From Candidatus Pampinifervens sinense (GTDB lineage: Bacteria; Aquificota; Aquificia; Aquificales; Aquificaceae), in NCBI GenBank assembly GCA_037927135.1, contig JAXSPP010000007.1:1-64000 (forward strand): DNA of 64,000 nucleotides, read 5' to 3'. Shown here piece after piece: positions 21,241-29,725 of this stretch. Numbering within the stretch: position 1 is the stretch's first letter; each line of letters opens with the position of its first letter. Below the pieces are notes generated by a model. It ran no database searches and had not been told where the DNA came from. It saw only the letters and a list, made by a program, of their open reading frames with translations. Made by a program: the position numbers and the translations under genes.

Positions 21241-21828
21241 AGGGTTAAAACACTCCCCCGTAGCCACCACTATCTTCCCATCTTTTCCAGAAAGGATTAA
21301 TGCCCTATTCATAAGGTAGCAAAGGCCCGCAAGCCAACAGGCTATAGCATCCAGCTCATCCTGAGAATAAGGTCTTTCTTCCAGCTCAAAGGGCAAGCTT
21401 TTATAAAAGCTAAGGATGGCATCCTTGTTCTTCCTGGCTATTCCCCAAAGGTCATACATGGCACCCGGAAAGGTCTCTAAAACTTCCAAACCTTCTGATC
21501 TTAAGATACTCGCAAGCCTCATACCCCTTTCTGTAAGCATCCTCATAGGTCCAAGGCTTATTGGAAAGAACCTGTGTCCACTTTTCTTCAAAAGGAGGTC
21601 GCATTCTCTAAAATGAGGTCCTCTGTCCTCTATGCTTTTTCTTCCCTCTGGCAATGAGAGAGGAGCGTCTATCATTACAAGCTTAAAGCCCTTTGAAATC
21701 TCCAGTATTTCCTCATCTGTATACAGTGTGCCCACTACAAGCTTTTTATCCTTTAAGAAGGCATAGCCCGTTTTCCTCTTTGGACTTCCTGCAAGGTCAA
21801 GACCTAATACTCTCTCCCAGTCTTTCAA
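21223..21828 (-). CDS. DUF429-like RNase H-fold putative nuclease
   Basis: GLDLAG, IDAPLS, RECD, ETFP, DELDA pattern. Confidence 0.75.
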   Translation of the reverse strand: MKDWERVLGLDLAGSPKRKTGYAFLKDKKLVVGTLYTDEEILEISKGFKLVMIDAPLSLPEGRKSIEDRGPHFRECDLLLKKSGHRFFPISLGPMRMLTERGMRLASILRSEGLEVLETFPGAMYDLWGIARKNKDAILSFYKSLPFELEERPYSQDELDAIACWLAGLCYLMNRALILSGKDGKIVVATGECFNPLVSQR

Positions 21829-22729
21829 GATAATCCCTTATCCCATCCTCTAACCTATACTTTGGCCTGTAGTCCAAAAGCCTTTCCGCCTTTGATATAT
21901 CTGCTTGAGTGTGCTTTTGATAAAAGTCATAAGGACAGTCAAAGTATTCCACCTCATAGTTTGTGCCAAGGTATCTGTTTAAGATATCCACAATTTCATT
22001 AAAGCTTCTTGCCTCTCCTGTAGCTATGTTAAAAATGCCTGAAATATCTTTTTCTAAGGCTAAAAGGTTTGCCTCAATAACGTCCTCTATGTAGACAAAG
22101 TCCCTCTTTTGCTCTCCCCATTTGAAAAGCCTTGGCCTTTTGCCTTCCTTCATCTGCCTGTATAGCTGGTATATCATGCTGGCAGTCTTCCCTTTGTATT
22201 GCTCACCCGGTCCATAGACGTTAAAGTATCTAAAGCCCACCACTTGAATGTGTTTGTTCTCTTCCATAAAAGATAAGGCTATGCGATCCATCATAAGTTT
22301 GGAAAAGCCATAGATGTTCTCTGGCACCAAGCCTTCTTCTTCCCTCATGGGAGGAGGGCTGTTCCCATAAACGCCCGCAGAGGAGGCATATATTAGCTTA
22401 GCATTCCAATAAAGGCATGCACTCAATATATACCTTAAGCTGTCCGCATTTACTCTTAGCATCTTAAACTGGTCCTGCACCGTTGTGTCCGTTATGGCAC
22501 CTTTGTGAAAGACCACATCAAAGGTAAAGTTATTTTTTAGCCATTCCCAAAGCTCTGGGTCTGAGAGGTCTCCCGTTATCACCTCTCCTCTAAAGCCCAG
22601 AAGGTTTTTAAAGTGTCCTGAAGAGAAGTTGTCTAAGACATAGACCTTTGCCTTGGGGTAGCGCCTTTCAACGGCCTTTGCCAAATTGGAGCCTATAAAG
22701 CCCGCACCGCCAGTTATCAAAACCCTCAT
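21797..22729 (-). CDS. rfaD: ADP-L-glycero-D-manno-heptose 6-epimerase
   Basis: TGGAGFIGSN, YASSA, YGFSK, RYFNVYGP..KG..AS, TQAD. Confidence 0.9.
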   Translation of the reverse strand: MRVLITGGAGFIGSNLAKAVERRYPKAKVYVLDNFSSGHFKNLLGFRGEVITGDLSDPELWEWLKNNFTFDVVFHKGAITDTTVQDQFKMLRVNADSLRYILSACLYWNAKLIYASSAGVYGNSPPPMREEEGLVPENIYGFSKLMMDRIALSFMEENKHIQVVGFRYFNVYGPGEQYKGKTASMIYQLYRQMKEGKRPRLFKWGEQKRDFVYIEDVIEANLLALEKDISGIFNIATGEARSFNEIVDILNRYLGTNYEVEYFDCPYDFYQKHTQADISKAERLLDYRPKYRLEDGIRDYLERLGESIRS

Positions 22730-24225
22730 CTTCTCTTACCTTTTTTCTTGGCAGGTTTTTCTTCCTTAAAGGTTAGCCTCTTTATCACATAAGTTTGACC
22801 AAGGTTAAAGATGTTGTTGAGTGTCCAATAGAGCACAAGGCCAGCGGGGAAGTTGGCAAAGAGGAAGGTAAAGAAGACAGAGCTTATGATCATTATGTAG
22901 TTTTGGGATTTTTCTGGGCTTGGGCTTATGAACTGCTGAGCTATCATAGTAATGCCCATGATCACAGGAAGTATGTAATATGGATCCTTTTGGGCAAGGC
23001 TTTGTATCCAGAGGAACTTGGCAAGCTGTAGGTCTGCCGTTATGGTAAGCACCTTATACAGGGCAAAGAAGATGGGTATCTGCAAAAGGATGGGAAGACA
23101 TCCAGACATGGGGTTAAAGCCCACCTCTTGGTAGAGCTTCATCATCTCCTCTTGGAACTTAACAGGGTCGTTCTTGTACTTTTCCTTTAGCTCTTGCATC
23201 TTTGGTGCAAGCTCGGCCATCTTGCTCATGGCCACAGTGCTCTTGTATGTGAGGGGGAACATGAGAAGTCTAACTATTAAAGTGAGGGCAATAATGGAGA
23301 AGACCCAAGAGTGAAGATGTTCGTATATCCAATACATAAAGATAAATAGGGGCTTTACTATAAGCCTTAGAGTGCCAAAGTCTATGGTGTCGGAGAGACC
23401 TATGGCCCTTAGCCTTGAGTACTCTTTGGCACCGGCGTAGAAGAGAAGCTTGCCATCTGGCTTTACCAAGGTAATTGTGTTTTTATTTTCTATCTTATAA
23501 ATTGCTACCGCCGAAATGGGGCCAGAAAAACCCTTAAAGTAATACCTGCTTTCTTCTCCAGCAAACTTAATATCTCCAGTTATAAGCTGTTTTCCTTCCA
23601 CCTTTTCCACATCTATCCTCTCCACACTGTCGCCTATCTTCACTATAGGACCCGCATGGGTGAAAAACTCATCCTCTTGAACCCTCATACCAGCGGAAAC
23701 AAATACAGAAGGAAGGCCTGAAGATTCTATGCTTAGAGAAAAGTAATCACCTTTATACTCCAATATCTTTTTAATCTCAAAGTTTTCGGCCTTTAGCCTT
23801 GCCACTATCTGGTTATTTTGGGTATAGACCTCGTAGCGCGAAAAGTTAAGAAGGTAGTCTATCTGTGGGTCTCCTGTGAAGACTTCAAGTGGGTATAAGT
23901 TTAGCCTTTTTTCCTCTTCCGTTATAAGCTCCCTTTTATACTTTTTATCCGTCAAGCTTACTACCTTTGCACCCTCCTCTGAGAGCACCAGACTAAACCT
24001 TTCAAAATCAAAGGTTCTCAAGTTTCTAGGTTTTTCTTTTTCTCTTGAAGTTCCAAGGAGCAAAGAGGGCACATCCTTTATAGTTTCTTTGACTTGTCTT
24101 TGAACCTGCTGTGAAGTTTCTTGTGGTGCAAACAGGATAAGGTAGGCTTGATAAGCAAAAAGAAAGAGGGTTATGACTACAAAGATGATAAAGAGCTTTT
24201 TAAGGTCCAGATCGTGTCTTTCCAT
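22726..24225 (-). CDS. yidC: Membrane protein insertase
   Basis: NPMSGCLPILLQIPIF, PAGLVLYW. Confidence 0.96.
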   Translation of the reverse strand: MERHDLDLKKLFIIFVVITLFLFAYQAYLILFAPQETSQQVQRQVKETIKDVPSLLLGTSREKEKPRNLRTFDFERFSLVLSEEGAKVVSLTDKKYKRELITEEEKRLNLYPLEVFTGDPQIDYLLNFSRYEVYTQNNQIVARLKAENFEIKKILEYKGDYFSLSIESSGLPSVFVSAGMRVQEDEFFTHAGPIVKIGDSVERIDVEKVEGKQLITGDIKFAGEESRYYFKGFSGPISAVAIYKIENKNTITLVKPDGKLLFYAGAKEYSRLRAIGLSDTIDFGTLRLIVKPLFIFMYWIYEHLHSWVFSIIALTLIVRLLMFPLTYKSTVAMSKMAELAPKMQELKEKYKNDPVKFQEEMMKLYQEVGFNPMSGCLPILLQIPIFFALYKVLTITADLQLAKFLWIQSLAQKDPYYILPVIMGITMIAQQFISPSPEKSQNYIMIISSVFFTFLFANFPAGLVLYWTLNNIFNLGQTYVIKRLTFKEEKPAKKKGKRR

Positions 24226-24431
24226 CAGGGATAATCCACACCACCCTTAGAAAAGGGGTTGCATCTTAGCACTCTCCACACAGCCTTGATCATACCCTTA
24301 AGAACTCCATGCTTTTCCACAGCCAATATGGCATACTCAGAACAGGAGGGGTAATACCTACAGCTAGGAGGGTAAAGGGGAGATACGAACATCTGCCAAA
24401 ACCTAAGTAAGCCTATAACCACCCTCTTCAA
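24225..24431 (-). CDS. yidD: Membrane protein insertion efficiency factor
   Basis: [19 protein letters not shown]. Confidence 0.95.
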   Translation of the reverse strand: MKRVVIGLLRFWQMFVSPLYPPSCRYYPSCSEYAILAVEKHGVLKGMIKAVWRVLRCNPFSKGGVDYP

Positions 24432-24571
24432 GGTGCCAATCTCTTCCTTCCCTTTTTCCTTCTTCTCTTTATTATAGCCCTTCCACTCTTGGTAGCCATA
24501 CGGGCAAGGAAACCACTTTTTCGCTTACGCTTCAGATTGGAGATACGCGTTACATTCCTTTTGGTAGCCAT
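24428..24571 (-). CDS. rpmH: 50S ribosomal protein L34 (not in ORF track)
   Basis: Manual translation [55 protein letters not shown]. Confidence 0.95.
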   Translation of the reverse strand: MATKRNVTRISNLKRKRKSGFLARMATKSGRAIIKRRRKKGRKRLAP

Positions 24572-24585
24572 ACTATACCTCCATT

Positions 24586-24605
24586 AAAAAGGGGCAAAGA
24601 GCCCC
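24586..24605 (-). terminator. Probable intrinsic terminator after atpE
   Basis: GGGGC-TCTTT-GCCCC hairpin followed by TTTTT immediately after the stop. Confidence 0.7.
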
Positions 24606-24606
24606 A

Positions 24607-24915
24607 TTATTTTACGAATAGAAGTATTATAGCTATAAGCAAGGCATAAAGAGCCAAAGTCTCTATAAAGGCAAGGCCTATAAACATTATGGTTTGCAAT
24701 CTTCCACCAACGGTGGGGTTCCTGGCCACACCTTCCTGTGTGCCCCTTACCGCATGACCCATGCCAATACCTGTTCCCAAGGCTGCAAGCCCTATGGCAA
24801 GGCCTGCACCAAGGAACATAAGTCCCTGTTTAAGAGAATCCCCCTGACCAGGTTCTGCAGCAACAGCCATAAAAGGCACCAACAGCGCCAAGGCGGTCAT
24901 AAGCTTCCTTTTCAT
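24607..24915 (-). CDS. atpE: ATP synthase F0 subunit c with N-terminal signal-like extension
   Basis: GxGxG motif, ARNP loop, FIETLALY; AGGAGG supports start 24915. Confidence 0.95.
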   Translation of the reverse strand: MKRKLMTALALLVPFMAVAAEPGQGDSLKQGLMFLGAGLAIGLAALGTGIGMGHAVRGTQEGVARNPTVGGRLQTIMFIGLAFIETLALYALLIAIILLFVK

Positions 24916-24944
24916 TTTATCAACCTCCTTCAATGGATTTATTA

Positions 24945-25604
24945 TTAGTGTTCCTCATGGGCTACAGCACCAGCAAGATAAACCACAGAAAGTATCATAA
25001 ATATGTAGGATTGTATAAATACGGCGAGGAACTTGATGGCTATTATAAACAGTAGGAAGACAGGCGAAACGGCCATAGTGAATGGGTTTTGGACCACAAG
25101 GCCCACCAAAACTACCAGAAGCAAGGCGCCACCCTTCATGTTGGCAAAAAGCCTGAGGGTGAGGGTTATGGGCCTTGCAAGATGGGAAACTATTTCTATT
25201 ACAAAGAAAACGGGGGCAAGGTAGGGATTGGGACCCATAAAGTGCTTGAGGTAGCCAATGCCATGTAGCCTAAAGCCTTCTATGTTATAGAGTAAGAATA
25301 CCACTAGAGCCATGGCAAGGTTTGTGTTCACGTTGGCTGTGGGGGCTTCAAGGCCTGGCACCATACCAAGGAGGTTGGAGAAGAAAACAAATAGCCCTAT
25401 ACTTGCTATAAGGGGCACATATCTTAGGCCTTCATGGCCTATGTTTTCAAGGACCATACTCCTTACAAACCTAACATAGCCTTCCCAAAGGGCCTGGAAC
25501 TTTGTAGGCTTTAGAGAGGGCCTTCCTGCCAAGGCTATCAGCCCAAGGGAAATGCCCATGGCTACCAAGCCTAAATACACATGACTCAGGCTTATCTCTT
25601 GCAT
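24945..25604 (-). CDS. atpB: ATP synthase F0 subunit a
   Basis: PTANVN, RPITLTLRLFANM, IQSYIF; start 25604 avoids overlap with the divergent gene. Confidence 0.93.
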   Translation of the reverse strand: MQEISLSHVYLGLVAMGISLGLIALAGRPSLKPTKFQALWEGYVRFVRSMVLENIGHEGLRYVPLIASIGLFVFFSNLLGMVPGLEAPTANVNTNLAMALVVFLLYNIEGFRLHGIGYLKHFMGPNPYLAPVFFVIEIVSHLARPITLTLRLFANMKGGALLLVVLVGLVVQNPFTMAVSPVFLLFIIAIKFLAVFIQSYIFMILSVVYLAGAVAHEEH

Positions 25605-25634
25605 GGCAAAAAGATTATACCATAAAATTTCCAC

Positions 25635-28124
25635 ATGCACCATAAAAGCGTTGAAGAGAGCCTAAGGGACCTAAATACAAGTCTGAGAGGTCTTACCGAG
25701 GAAGAGGCCAGAAAAAGGCTTTCCTTCTATGGCAAAAACACCCTTGAGGAGGAAAGGGAAAGCAGGATAATGGTCTTTATAAGACAGTTTACAAGTCCCT
25801 TTATTCTTATCCTTCTTGTGGCGGGCCTTATAGCCTTCCTTTTGGGAGATGTGAAGGATGGCCTGTTGGTCTATGGCATTGTGCTTATAAACGGCCTTTT
25901 GGGCTTCTATCAAGAGCTAAGGGCTATAGCCTCCATAGAGGCTTTGAGGTCCTTGACCGCTTTGAAGACAAAGGTGATAAGGGATGGTAAAGAGGTTGAG
26001 GTTGACAGCAGAGAGCTTGTGCCGGGAGACATAGTGCTTTTGGGTGAGGGTGATGTGGTGCCTGCGGACATAAGGCTTTTGGAAAACGTTGGCCTTTTGG
26101 TGGATGAGGCCTTGCTAACGGGTGAGTCCTTGCCGGTAGAAAAGGATGCGGACCTTTTGCTTTCTGAAGACACACCCCTTCATGCGAGGGCAAACTGTCT
26201 TTATAAGGGCACGGTGGTTTTGCGTGGCAAGGCCTTGGGTGTGGTCTTTGCCACTGGAAAGAATACGGAGCTTGGGAAGATAGCCCAAAGGGTTCAAGAA
26301 AGTTCTCCAGAGAGCCCACTTACCAAAGCCTTGGGAGTCTTTGGAAAAAGATGGATATTTATACTCCTTGTGCTTCTTAGCCTTCTTGTCCTTGTAGGCA
26401 TAATGCAAGGAAGAGAGCCAAAAACCATTATCTTCTTTGCCATAGCCCAGCTCATCTCCGCAGTGCCAGAGGGCCTTCCCATAGTGGTCACCCTTGCCCT
26501 TGTGGTGGGAGCCATAAGGCTCTCAAAGGAGAAGGTGCTTGTAAAATACCTGCCCGCTGTGGAAACCTTGGGAAGTGCCACCTACATATGCACAGACAAG
26601 ACTGGCACCATAACCCTTGGAAGGTTAACAGTTCAAGATTATGTGGCCTATGACAAAAGGAAGCTACTTTTGGCCTCTGCCCTCTGCAACGATGCGGACG
26701 GCATGAGGGGAGACCCTTTGGAGATGGCTTTGCTTGAATGGCTAGAAAAAGAAAGGGTAAACTGGCAGTTTTTGAGAAAAGCCTACGAAAGAGTGTGGGA
26801 GCATCCCTTTGATACAAAGAAAAGACTTATGGCCGTTATTGTATCCGATAGGTCTGGCAAGCTGGACTTCTATGTAAAGGGTGCCTTGGAGAGCCTCTCT
26901 AATATGTGTGAAAGGGAATGTCCCAAAGAGGTTTGGGAGGACCACAACAGGATGGCACAGGAAGGGCTAAGAGTTTTGGCCTTTGGCCATGCGAGACTTG
27001 ACAAGATTCCAAAGGATGTGGAGGAGGTAAAGATTGAAGTTGTGGGACTTGTGGGCTTTTTGGACCCACCAAAAGAGGGAGTAAAAGAGGCCGTAGAGAC
27101 GGCAAGGTCTGCGGGCATAAGGGTAATAATGATAACCGGCGATAACCTTCTTACGGCCAAGGCCGTGGCAAGCATGGTAAATATATATGAGGAGGGGGAT
27201 ATAGCTCTTGAGGGGAAGGACCTTGAAAGGTATAGCGATGATGAGCTTTATAACTTGCTTAAAAAGACTACCGTGGTTGCGAGGGCTACGCCAGAGGACA
27301 AATACAGGATAGTAAAGGTTTTGCAGTCAAGGGGTGAGGTGGTGGCTGTAACAGGTGATGGTGCCAACGATGCACCCGCCCTGAGGGTGGCAGACCTTGG
27401 CATTGCCATGGGTTCTGGCTCTCAAGCGGCAAAGGATGCAAGTAAGATGATCATTCTGGATGACAACCTTGCCATCATAGTAAACGCCATAAGGCGTGGA
27501 AGGCTCATAGCAAAAAACATAGGCAAGGTTATAAGATACCTTCTTTCTGCCAACTCCTTCCAGATCTTTTACAACTCCCTTGCCATCATCACAGACCTTC
27601 CCTTGCCCCTATACCCTACACAGATACTCTGGATAAACTTGGTAACGGACGGCGTTCAGGACAAGGCTTACCCCTTTACCAAGTATGAAGGAAACCCCAT
27701 GAAGGAAAAGCCCAAAAGCCCCATAGAGACCTTTATAGGAAGGCATCAGATCATCACCGTAATCTACAACGGCCTTCTTATGGCCATAGCCCACTACTTC
27801 CTTTTCTTATATATGCTTAAAAACTATCCTTATGAGATAGCCTTAACAGTTAGCTTTACTTCGGCAGTCATAAGCCAGTGGGCCGTTGGCATACAGGAAA
27901 TTTCCGACAGACCCTTTTTAAGGAATCCAATAGAACATATAAGGCTAAACCCTTATGTATTCTTGGGCATCTCCATAGGTGCAATCCTCCAAGCTGTTGC
28001 CGTATACCTTCTCTCCGATTACTTCCATGCGGTAAAACTCCCCTTAGATATGCTTCCCTACGTGTTTTTCATACCAATTTTGACCTTTTTGGGGATAGAG
28101 GTGAGGAAGTGGGTGTGGAGATAA
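25635..28124 (+). CDS. Cation-transporting P-type ATPase (type II, Ca2+-like)
   Basis: LTGES, PEGLP, DKTGT, TGD, GDGAND, WINLVTDG. Confidence 0.92.
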   Translation: MHHKSVEESLRDLNTSLRGLTEEEARKRLSFYGKNTLEEERESRIMVFIRQFTSPFILILLVAGLIAFLLGDVKDGLLVYGIVLINGLLGFYQELRAIASIEALRSLTALKTKVIRDGKEVEVDSRELVPGDIVLLGEGDVVPADIRLLENVGLLVDEALLTGESLPVEKDADLLLSEDTPLHARANCLYKGTVVLRGKALGVVFATGKNTELGKIAQRVQESSPESPLTKALGVFGKRWIFILLVLLSLLVLVGIMQGREPKTIIFFAIAQLISAVPEGLPIVVTLALVVGAIRLSKEKVLVKYLPAVETLGSATYICTDKTGTITLGRLTVQDYVAYDKRKLLLASALCNDADGMRGDPLEMALLEWLEKERVNWQFLRKAYERVWEHPFDTKKRLMAVIVSDRSGKLDFYVKGALESLSNMCERECPKEVWEDHNRMAQEGLRVLAFGHARLDKIPKDVEEVKIEVVGLVGFLDPPKEGVKEAVETARSAGIRVIMITGDNLLTAKAVASMVNIYEEGDIALEGKDLERYSDDELYNLLKKTTVVARATPEDKYRIVKVLQSRGEVVAVTGDGANDAPALRVADLGIAMGSGSQAAKDASKMIILDDNLAIIVNAIRRGRLIAKNIGKVIRYLLSANSFQIFYNSLAIITDLPLPLYPTQILWINLVTDGVQDKAYPFTKYEGNPMKEKPKSPIETFIGRHQIITVIYNGLLMAIAHYFLFLYMLKNYPYEIALTVSFTSAVISQWAVGIQEISDRPFLRNPIEHIRLNPYVFLGISIGAILQAVAVYLLSDYFHAVKLPLDMLPYVFFIPILTFLGIEVRKWVWR

Positions 28125-28129
28125 GTTAG

Positions 28130-28942
28130 CTACTCAGACTTTATTATCCCCACTATCCCCTCCACATTTAAACCCTCCAAGGCCTTAATCCCATAGGGCC
28201 TTTCTGCCTCTTGAACCTTTATAAAGTCTCCCTCCATGGACCTCCAACGGTTTAAAACTATATACACCCTCATATCTCTTAAGGACCTTTTTATCTCTTG
28301 GGCTTCTTCCAAGGACAGAGGATCTTCGTTGGCCACGGCAAAGACCAAGCTTTTTTCTTTTAAAATATCCAAAAGTCTTTCTACTCTGCTTTTTCTCTCT
28401 TCTATCAAACTCAAAAGACTATCTTTCTTGCCCATAAAGGCTTGCACCTTTTCCCTTTCTCTTGCCAAGCGTGTCAAAAAGTCAAACCAGCCCTTTACCA
28501 TGTGGGCCGTCTCAAAAAGCCTTAACATCTGGCCTGTGGGCGCAGAGTCCACTATCACATAAGCATAGTCTTGGCATAGGTCCAAAAGGTGGTCCAAGAT
28601 GGCCGTCTCAAGGGCTGTGGGTGAGTGCTTCAAATACTTGGCATACTCCTTTAGTCCAGACCTCACATGGGGCAAAAGGTCCCCAAGGCTCCTTAATACC
28701 CTTTCCGTGTATTCTTCCACAAGCCTTTCGGCGGAAAGTTCCAAGGCATAGAGATTTTCTCTTATCTTTTTTACCTCATGGCCTATGGGCATTCCAAGTA
28801 TGCCAGAAAGAGAATGGGCCGGGTCTATGGAAACCAGAAGGCTTTTATCTTCTTTTGAGAGCCTTAAGGCCACGGCGCAAGAGAGAGTGCTTTTGCCCAC
28901 TCCCCCCTTTCCACCAAAGAAGATAAGCCTTTTTAACAACAC
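28130..28942 (-). CDS. Single-domain ArsA/Get3-family ATPase
   Basis: GKGGVGKST, DPAHSL, DSAPTG. Confidence 0.9.
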   Translation of the reverse strand: MLLKRLIFFGGKGGVGKSTLSCAVALRLSKEDKSLLVSIDPAHSLSGILGMPIGHEVKKIRENLYALELSAERLVEEYTERVLRSLGDLLPHVRSGLKEYAKYLKHSPTALETAILDHLLDLCQDYAYVIVDSAPTGQMLRLFETAHMVKGWFDFLTRLAREREKVQAFMGKKDSLLSLIEERKSRVERLLDILKEKSLVFAVANEDPLSLEEAQEIKRSLRDMRVYIVLNRWRSMEGDFIKVQEAERPYGIKALEGLNVEGIVGIIKSE

Positions 28943-29169
28943 GGCAGGAAGTCTAAACCGCTTTTTTCTAGGCCAAGGGTCTTGTGCCAGAGGTGAAACT
29001 CTTCAAGCAAGTAGGGATATAGGTCCAAAGCGTATATGCCCAGGGGGTTGTCAAGGCCAAAGTAGTCTAAAAAAAGAGATAGGATGAGGAGGTCCCTCCC
29101 ATAGGACTGGGAGACCTCCACAGGCTTTTTAAAGTGAACCTCTAAAAAGGCTTTGAAAAACTCCCTCAC
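28933..29169 (-). CDS. Small CstX-like protein ending in Cys-Cys
   Basis: GLDNP..YALDLYPYLLEEFHLWH..LG.....CC pattern, directly upstream of the ArsA-like gene. Confidence 0.75.
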   Translation of the reverse strand: MREFFKAFLEVHFKKPVEVSQSYGRDLLILSLFLDYFGLDNPLGIYALDLYPYLLEEFHLWHKTLGLEKSGLDFLPCC

Positions 29170-29636
29170 TTTAGGCTAAGCACCCACTTGGCAAGTTCCC
29201 TTGCCTCTTGTTCTGTCACATTCTGAGGAGGCATTGGCACATTGCCCCAAGTGCCCACACCACCGTTCTTTATCCTCTTGGCTATCTCCTCCTCTGCACC
29301 AGGCTGTCCTGCAAACCTCTTTGCCACATCTTTAAAGGCTGGGCCTACCTTCTTTGTGTTTATATCATGGCAAGCAAAACAGCCCTTCTGTTGGGCAAAG
29401 GCTTGCATATCCTTTGCCGGTGCCTGAGAGCCTTTCTGTTCAGCAGGCTTTTGTTCTTGTGGCTTTTGAGGCTGTTCTGCTGGCTTTTGTTCTGTCTGCG
29501 GTTGAGCGGGCTGTTCTGCGGGTTTTTGTTCAGCCTGTGGCTGTTGTTGTTGAGGTTGTTGTTCTGCCGGCTTTTGCTGGCAGGAGAAGGCAAAAAGGGC
29601 TCCTATGGCTATTGTTAAAAATAGATACTTCTTCAT
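29166..29636 (-). CDS. Lipoprotein-anchored class I cytochrome c (c551/c552 type) with Q/P-rich linker
   Basis: Lipobox-like FAFSC, CFACH heme motif, KKVGP, PMPPQ axial Met. Confidence 0.92.
   Translation of the reverse strand: MKKYLFLTIAIGALFAFSCQQKPAEQQPQQQQPQAEQKPAEQPAQPQTEQKPAEQPQKPQEQKPAEQKGSQAPAKDMQAFAQQKGCFACHDINTKKVGPAFKDVAKRFAGQPGAEEEIAKRIKNGGVGTWGNVPMPPQNVTEQEARELAKWVLSLK
29439..29580 (-). repeat. Coding tandem repeat QKPAEQ x4 in the cytochrome linker
   Basis: Four QKPAEQ copies within a Gln/Pro-rich tract. Confidence 0.85.
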
Positions 29637-29725
29637 GCCACACCTCCTTGAGAAGAATTATAAGATGAATAAAGTTAAGCCTTTATGAAGTTTTGATGAA
29701 AACTTTGTAGACTTATAATTTTACT

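Noticed and set aside
29208-29668. Several overlapping alternative-frame ORFs over the cytochrome gene
   Set aside because: By-products of the low-complexity linker lacking stop codons
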